From: a virus
IMG/VR virus record: IMGVR_UViG_3300031963_000009
Direction: 5' to 3' (one strand)
Length of the DNA: 64,000 nucleotides
Below the pieces are notes generated by a model. The model was not told the origin of the DNA. It did not search any database and saw nothing but the letters and a program-made list of their open reading frames with translations. The translations under genes and the position numbers were made by a program. The number at the start of each line of letters is the position of its first letter. Within the stretch, counting starts at the first letter, position 1. This document shows, in pieces, positions 62,701 to 64,000 of the stretch.

Positions 62701-64000
62701 AGAGGTAGTGGAGGAAAAGTTAATATTGCTGTTTCTGGTGGAGTAGCTATAGCCGCAACTGTTTCTGTTGGTGGAACTGGATATTCTTATGGAGATACTC
62801 TGACAGTAGATTACTCTCAGACGGGTGGATTTGGAAAAAATCTTCTACTATCAATACCAAATAATGTTGGAATCATATCATCATTCAACACCTTATTATT
62901 GGATAATGTTCAAGGTAATGTAGTCGTAGATAGCTCATCGAATTTAATTTTTGTTGGTTCTGGTGGAACAAGTTTACTGGCCGGTGCTAATGTCAGTTAT
63001 TCTGAAGTTGTCACTGATGGATTACATTTTAAAGTAAAACATTCCAATCATGGAATGTATGCCACAAATAATTTTGTAACTCTTTCTTCTATACAATCTG
63101 ACCAAAGACCACAAACCATAAATTCTAGTTATACTTCAACTTCTACATCGGACATTGTTCTGAGTTCTGTAGGAATATTCACTAGTTTTGAAAACGTTCC
63201 AGTTTCTAACACCAATCCTGGATATATTCTTATTGGAGATGAGATTATAAGATATACTGGAGTGACTACATCTACAAATGTACTTAGTGGCATTACTAGA
63301 GGTATAGATTCAACAGTACCTTCAAATTATGCTGCATTAGAACAAGTATTTAAATATGAACTTAATGGAGTTTCTTTAAGAAGAATAAACAAAACACATG
63401 GTTTTGCTGATACTAATTTTTCCAAGTATCCAATAGATTTAGATCATTATTACTTAAAAGTAGGTGTAAGTACCAATGGTCCAGATAGATCTGAAGGTAA
63501 TGGTAATGGATTCCCAGCTTTAGCATTTAATGAAACAAAATCTTGCGGTTCTTATGATGCTTTACAACTAATAAATTCTTATAAGACTCCAAAAGCTACG
63601 CAAAATATACCATTTAGCGTAATTACTCCAAACATTGCTATAGCTACTCCACAAGGTACAACTGTATCTGCAAGAATAAGAACATTTTCTGGAGGTTCAC
63701 CAAATAATAATAGTATTACCCCATTCGTTGACCAGGGATTTGAGGACATAGCACTAGACACAACAAATTATCTTTCCAGTCCAAGGATAATATGTTCAGA
63801 GGTAAATGAAAATAATTATTTGCAAGATTATCCAGGTAAAAAATCTTTCACAATGGAAGTTAGTTTAATTACCAGCGATTCTAGAGTTTCTCCTCTTATT
63901 GATTTGGATAGAGTTAATATAATTACTACTGGAAATAGAATGAATTCTACAGTTTCAAATTATGCTACAAATCCATTAGTAAATTCTCTCTTAAATGACC
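56716..64000 (+). CDS. DUF4815/VrlC-like large virion structural protein (3'-truncated by the window; absent from the ORF track)
   Basis: MAQNTNLNASPYFDDFD..KNYQRVLFKPG.PIQARELTTLQSILQ, APGADRFKI, LARRTYDESGDY, RYRMKDISNLEDRLKNVEYYTSLSLLE, DPLAQSF; the sampled segments are all in the same frame. Confidence 0.9.
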   Translation, partial: MAQNTNLNASPYFDDFDATKNYQRVLFKPGTPIQARELTTLQSILQSQIEKFGKHFFKEGSVVIPGQIAYDPDYFYVQIDPSHLGIPVSLYISELVGKYIKGETSGVRALVQGYITDQESTNGNYTLYVKYQSSSEIDFSTNSFVNGENLILLQDLEYSLSTIRSDSTFATTIVTDAVGSASAAKIENGVYFIRGFFVDVSAQSIILDQYSSFPSYRVGLLINESIVVASQQNPDLFDNARGFSNFAAPGADRFKITATLIKKSLNDLNDEDFIELMRLEDGIIQKFVKETNSTLIRDELARRTYDESGDYYINPFTVNIKESLNDNMGNGGVFGEGQITKSGNLPSEDLMSIQISPGKAYVRGYEIETINTISVDLEKTRTTEKVQNSSVPFTLGRQLELNNVHGSVPIGFDSTSTVKFYSNRTVSGGSASGLEIGVGRVYDFKLKSSEYVNNSTVYETSLYDIQTYVYLNLNATITLQAPAFIEGKNSNASGYLVQNATETNQLILYQVSGTFAQNEEIKINGIDASRTIKSVRDYSISDIKQVVGNGVTFSADTVLSRGIDLSPQGSTFTITGSSGGVSTVTTSSSTFYVGVSTGDIISYSSSGNTVPTYNRVKEVVATSNSIIIEPTTDVVGVSSGSLPGSTINTTNLIKVTPQILNTNQAYLYTELEYDNVAETDLTGSSIVIRKSYSVTVSSGGLNQVLETDTSLTLEPYDEEYYNLSFANGDVEQLNNQKLTVSGRTVSLQNISQDGPARLTVTFLKEDLKPKNKVYNRCSELIVSGSSNTSSGVAGTSLADGLTYNSLYGTRVQDKNICLNVPDVEELLAVYESSDSNDPDLPRLVLTNLNANILNSIKGELVFGQASRAAARLVSNNSTNEVEVVFLNEKTFVTGERVTFKESQITAIVSSFVQGDRDITSSFVLNPNQKPEYSDYSYVTRRSDDSPPTKKLKIIFNNYTIDSNDNGHFVTVDSYAKDRYTSDLPIISNIAASDIIDVRPRVVPFNVSTATKSPFEFGSRVFTTGSNSSPYNFAKGRSINLGYSYYLGRIDKLYLSKDGKFFVNAGVPSLEPKEPNPVDNCLEISTIVIPPYVYDVSDVKNILSSHKRYRMKDISNLEDRLKNVEYYTSLSLLETDTKNLTLRDEQTQLDRFKCGFFVDNFKSIFGGGLGNPAYKCSIDTANGYLRPQHYTTSLDLLLGSEAVIGVGNTSNPDADLRFVTDLGSPNTKKVGDVVCLNYTDVVYFRNNFATRSENVNPFAVVNWIGSIDLSPASDTWVETRVTEKVEDRDGNYQSTIDQLGIDSNTGLSPVNWGAWETNWTGSREAGRQTVETIKTGSTVLSTDVSKIPKKKKNNNKNKNNKAKKKGKGKSLVTTTIEEEFTTFENVSTITTTNQSRSGIQYKVNERWDSVNVGDRVVSTDIIHTMRSRNIEFVARRMKPNGLVYPFFDNVDMSSYIIPKLLEVTMASGTFSVGETVTGVSGSVSVRFRLASPNHKYGPYNSPTQTYSQNPYNTTEVVPTSYSTTSTILNVDTASLELQSNSAFYGNIIVGMTLTGASSGAVANITNIRLIADNTGAIIGSLFIPDPTLPSTPKFETGTKTFTLTSSKTNATIIGTTDSTAETNFSSSGTLANVENLTIRTRNADVERLTQSDEREESETTTELQAATSTEVVTSEEVVRTRSIQTPANQKPQKKQPKANQKPEKKQKQQQAKCKELKNRGKNQKRFVDPLAQSFEVVETNGVYITKVEVFFRSKDTTGLPVTMQIRTMQTGLPTQTIVPFGEIVLDPEQVNVSDDASVPTAFTFPSPVYLAPDSQYSVVLLSASNSYNVWISRMGEKDISTINRSESEQIIVSQQPLLGSLFKSQNGATWDPSQLEDLKLVVYRAEFFNGTSTVRFYNPDLNIGNNQIASLQVNPIETISKTVLVGIGRSLTNSEVTTLTPGLTILQYGNSGFSGKLRNVIGAIGISSTLTLTSPGTGFTSNYTVYSNVNLLPITGRGSGGKVNIAVSGGVAIAATVSVGGTGYSYGDTLTVDYSQTGGFGKNLLLSIPNNVGIISSFNTLLLDNVQGNVVVDSSSNLIFVGSGGTSLLAGANVSYSEVVTDGLHFKVKHSNHGMYATNNFVTLSSIQSDQRPQTINSSYTSTSTSDIVLSSVGIFTSFENVPVSNTNPGYILIGDEIIRYTGVTTSTNVLSGITRGIDSTVPSNYAALEQVFKYELNGVSLRRINKTHGFADTNFSKYPIDLDHYYLKVGVSTNGPDRSEGNGNGFPALAFNETKSCGSYDALQLINSYKTPKATQNIPFSVITPNIAIATPQGTTVSARIRTFSGGSPNNNSITPFVDQGFEDIALDTTNYLSSPRIICSEVNENNYLQDYPGKKSFTMEVSLITSDSRVSPLIDLDRVNIITTGNRMNSTVSNYATNPLVNSLLND
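61771..61830 (+). repeat. 33-nt tandem duplication encoding ANQKP[Q/E]KKQ
   Basis: GCAAATCAAAAACCACAAAAGAAACAA at 61771 and GCAAATCAAAAACCAGAAAAGAAACAA at 61804. Confidence 0.8.

Noticed and set aside
3376-63761. Minus-strand ORFs in the six-frame track (e.g. 17993-18670, 15464-16060, 8852-9334, and those inside gp6, gp7 and gp8)
   Set aside because: All lie opposite well-supported + strand genes, lack recognisable motifs or RBSs, and look like shadow frames.
1-64000. Diversity-generating retroelement or retron
   Set aside because: No reverse transcriptase motifs, and I saw no ~100-bp near-duplicate pair differing at adenines.
1-64000. Stop-codon reassignment
   Set aside because: TAA, TAG and TGA all end genes at tight junctions, and long structural genes are uninterrupted in the standard code.
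1-64000. Integrase, transposase or IS element explaining the cassette array
   Set aside because: No tyrosine/serine recombinase or DDE motifs recognised, and no terminal inverted repeats with target duplications.
41960-64000. Intein or intron in the giant structural genes
   Set aside because: No C-x...HN-[C/S/T] splice motifs or LAGLIDADG signatures noticed, and the frames are continuous.
1-64000. Photosynthesis auxiliary genes (psbA, psbD, hli)
   Set aside because: None recognised in this window, so the cyanobacterial host assignment rests on gene-family resemblance and the DnaA-box type.

Overview
This window is 64 kb of a T4-like cyanomyovirus (Kyanoviridae-type) genome. Every credible gene is on the + strand. 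The cyanobacterial host is inferred from the gene families and from cyanobacterial-type DnaA boxes. Layout: (1) 1-3.7 kb, accessory enzymes: two 2OG-Fe(II) oxygenases, a Cys-rich protein and an AsnB-like amidotransferase. (2) 3.7-37 kb, a densely packed early region of more than 100 mostly tiny ORFs, including a DUF262-HNH nuclease, a split SF2 helicase, cupin/2OG enzymes, a ligase-like protein and RlpA. It is punctuated by 16 copies of a ~70-bp element (imperfect palindrome G[A/C]CA..N..CTG[T/G]C[C/A]AC, fixed 49-51 bp spacing, a -10 box, often followed by ATGTTGAGA) that divides it into promoter-headed cassettes. (3) 35.8-37.2 kb, a largely non-coding control region with six perfect TTTTCCACA boxes, a consensus sigma70 promoter in front of a long hairpin, and a repeated CTTATGAGCACT motif. 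(4) 37.7-64 kb, the late baseplate module: gp25, gp6, a 4372-aa gp7-position protein, gp8 and a DUF4815/VrlC-like protein that runs off the end. Best leads: the palindrome-promoter cassette array, the DnaA-box cluster (host-DnaA-dependent origin or DnaA sink), the split helicase, and candidate structured RNAs. All calls come from reading motifs by eye; no database search was run.
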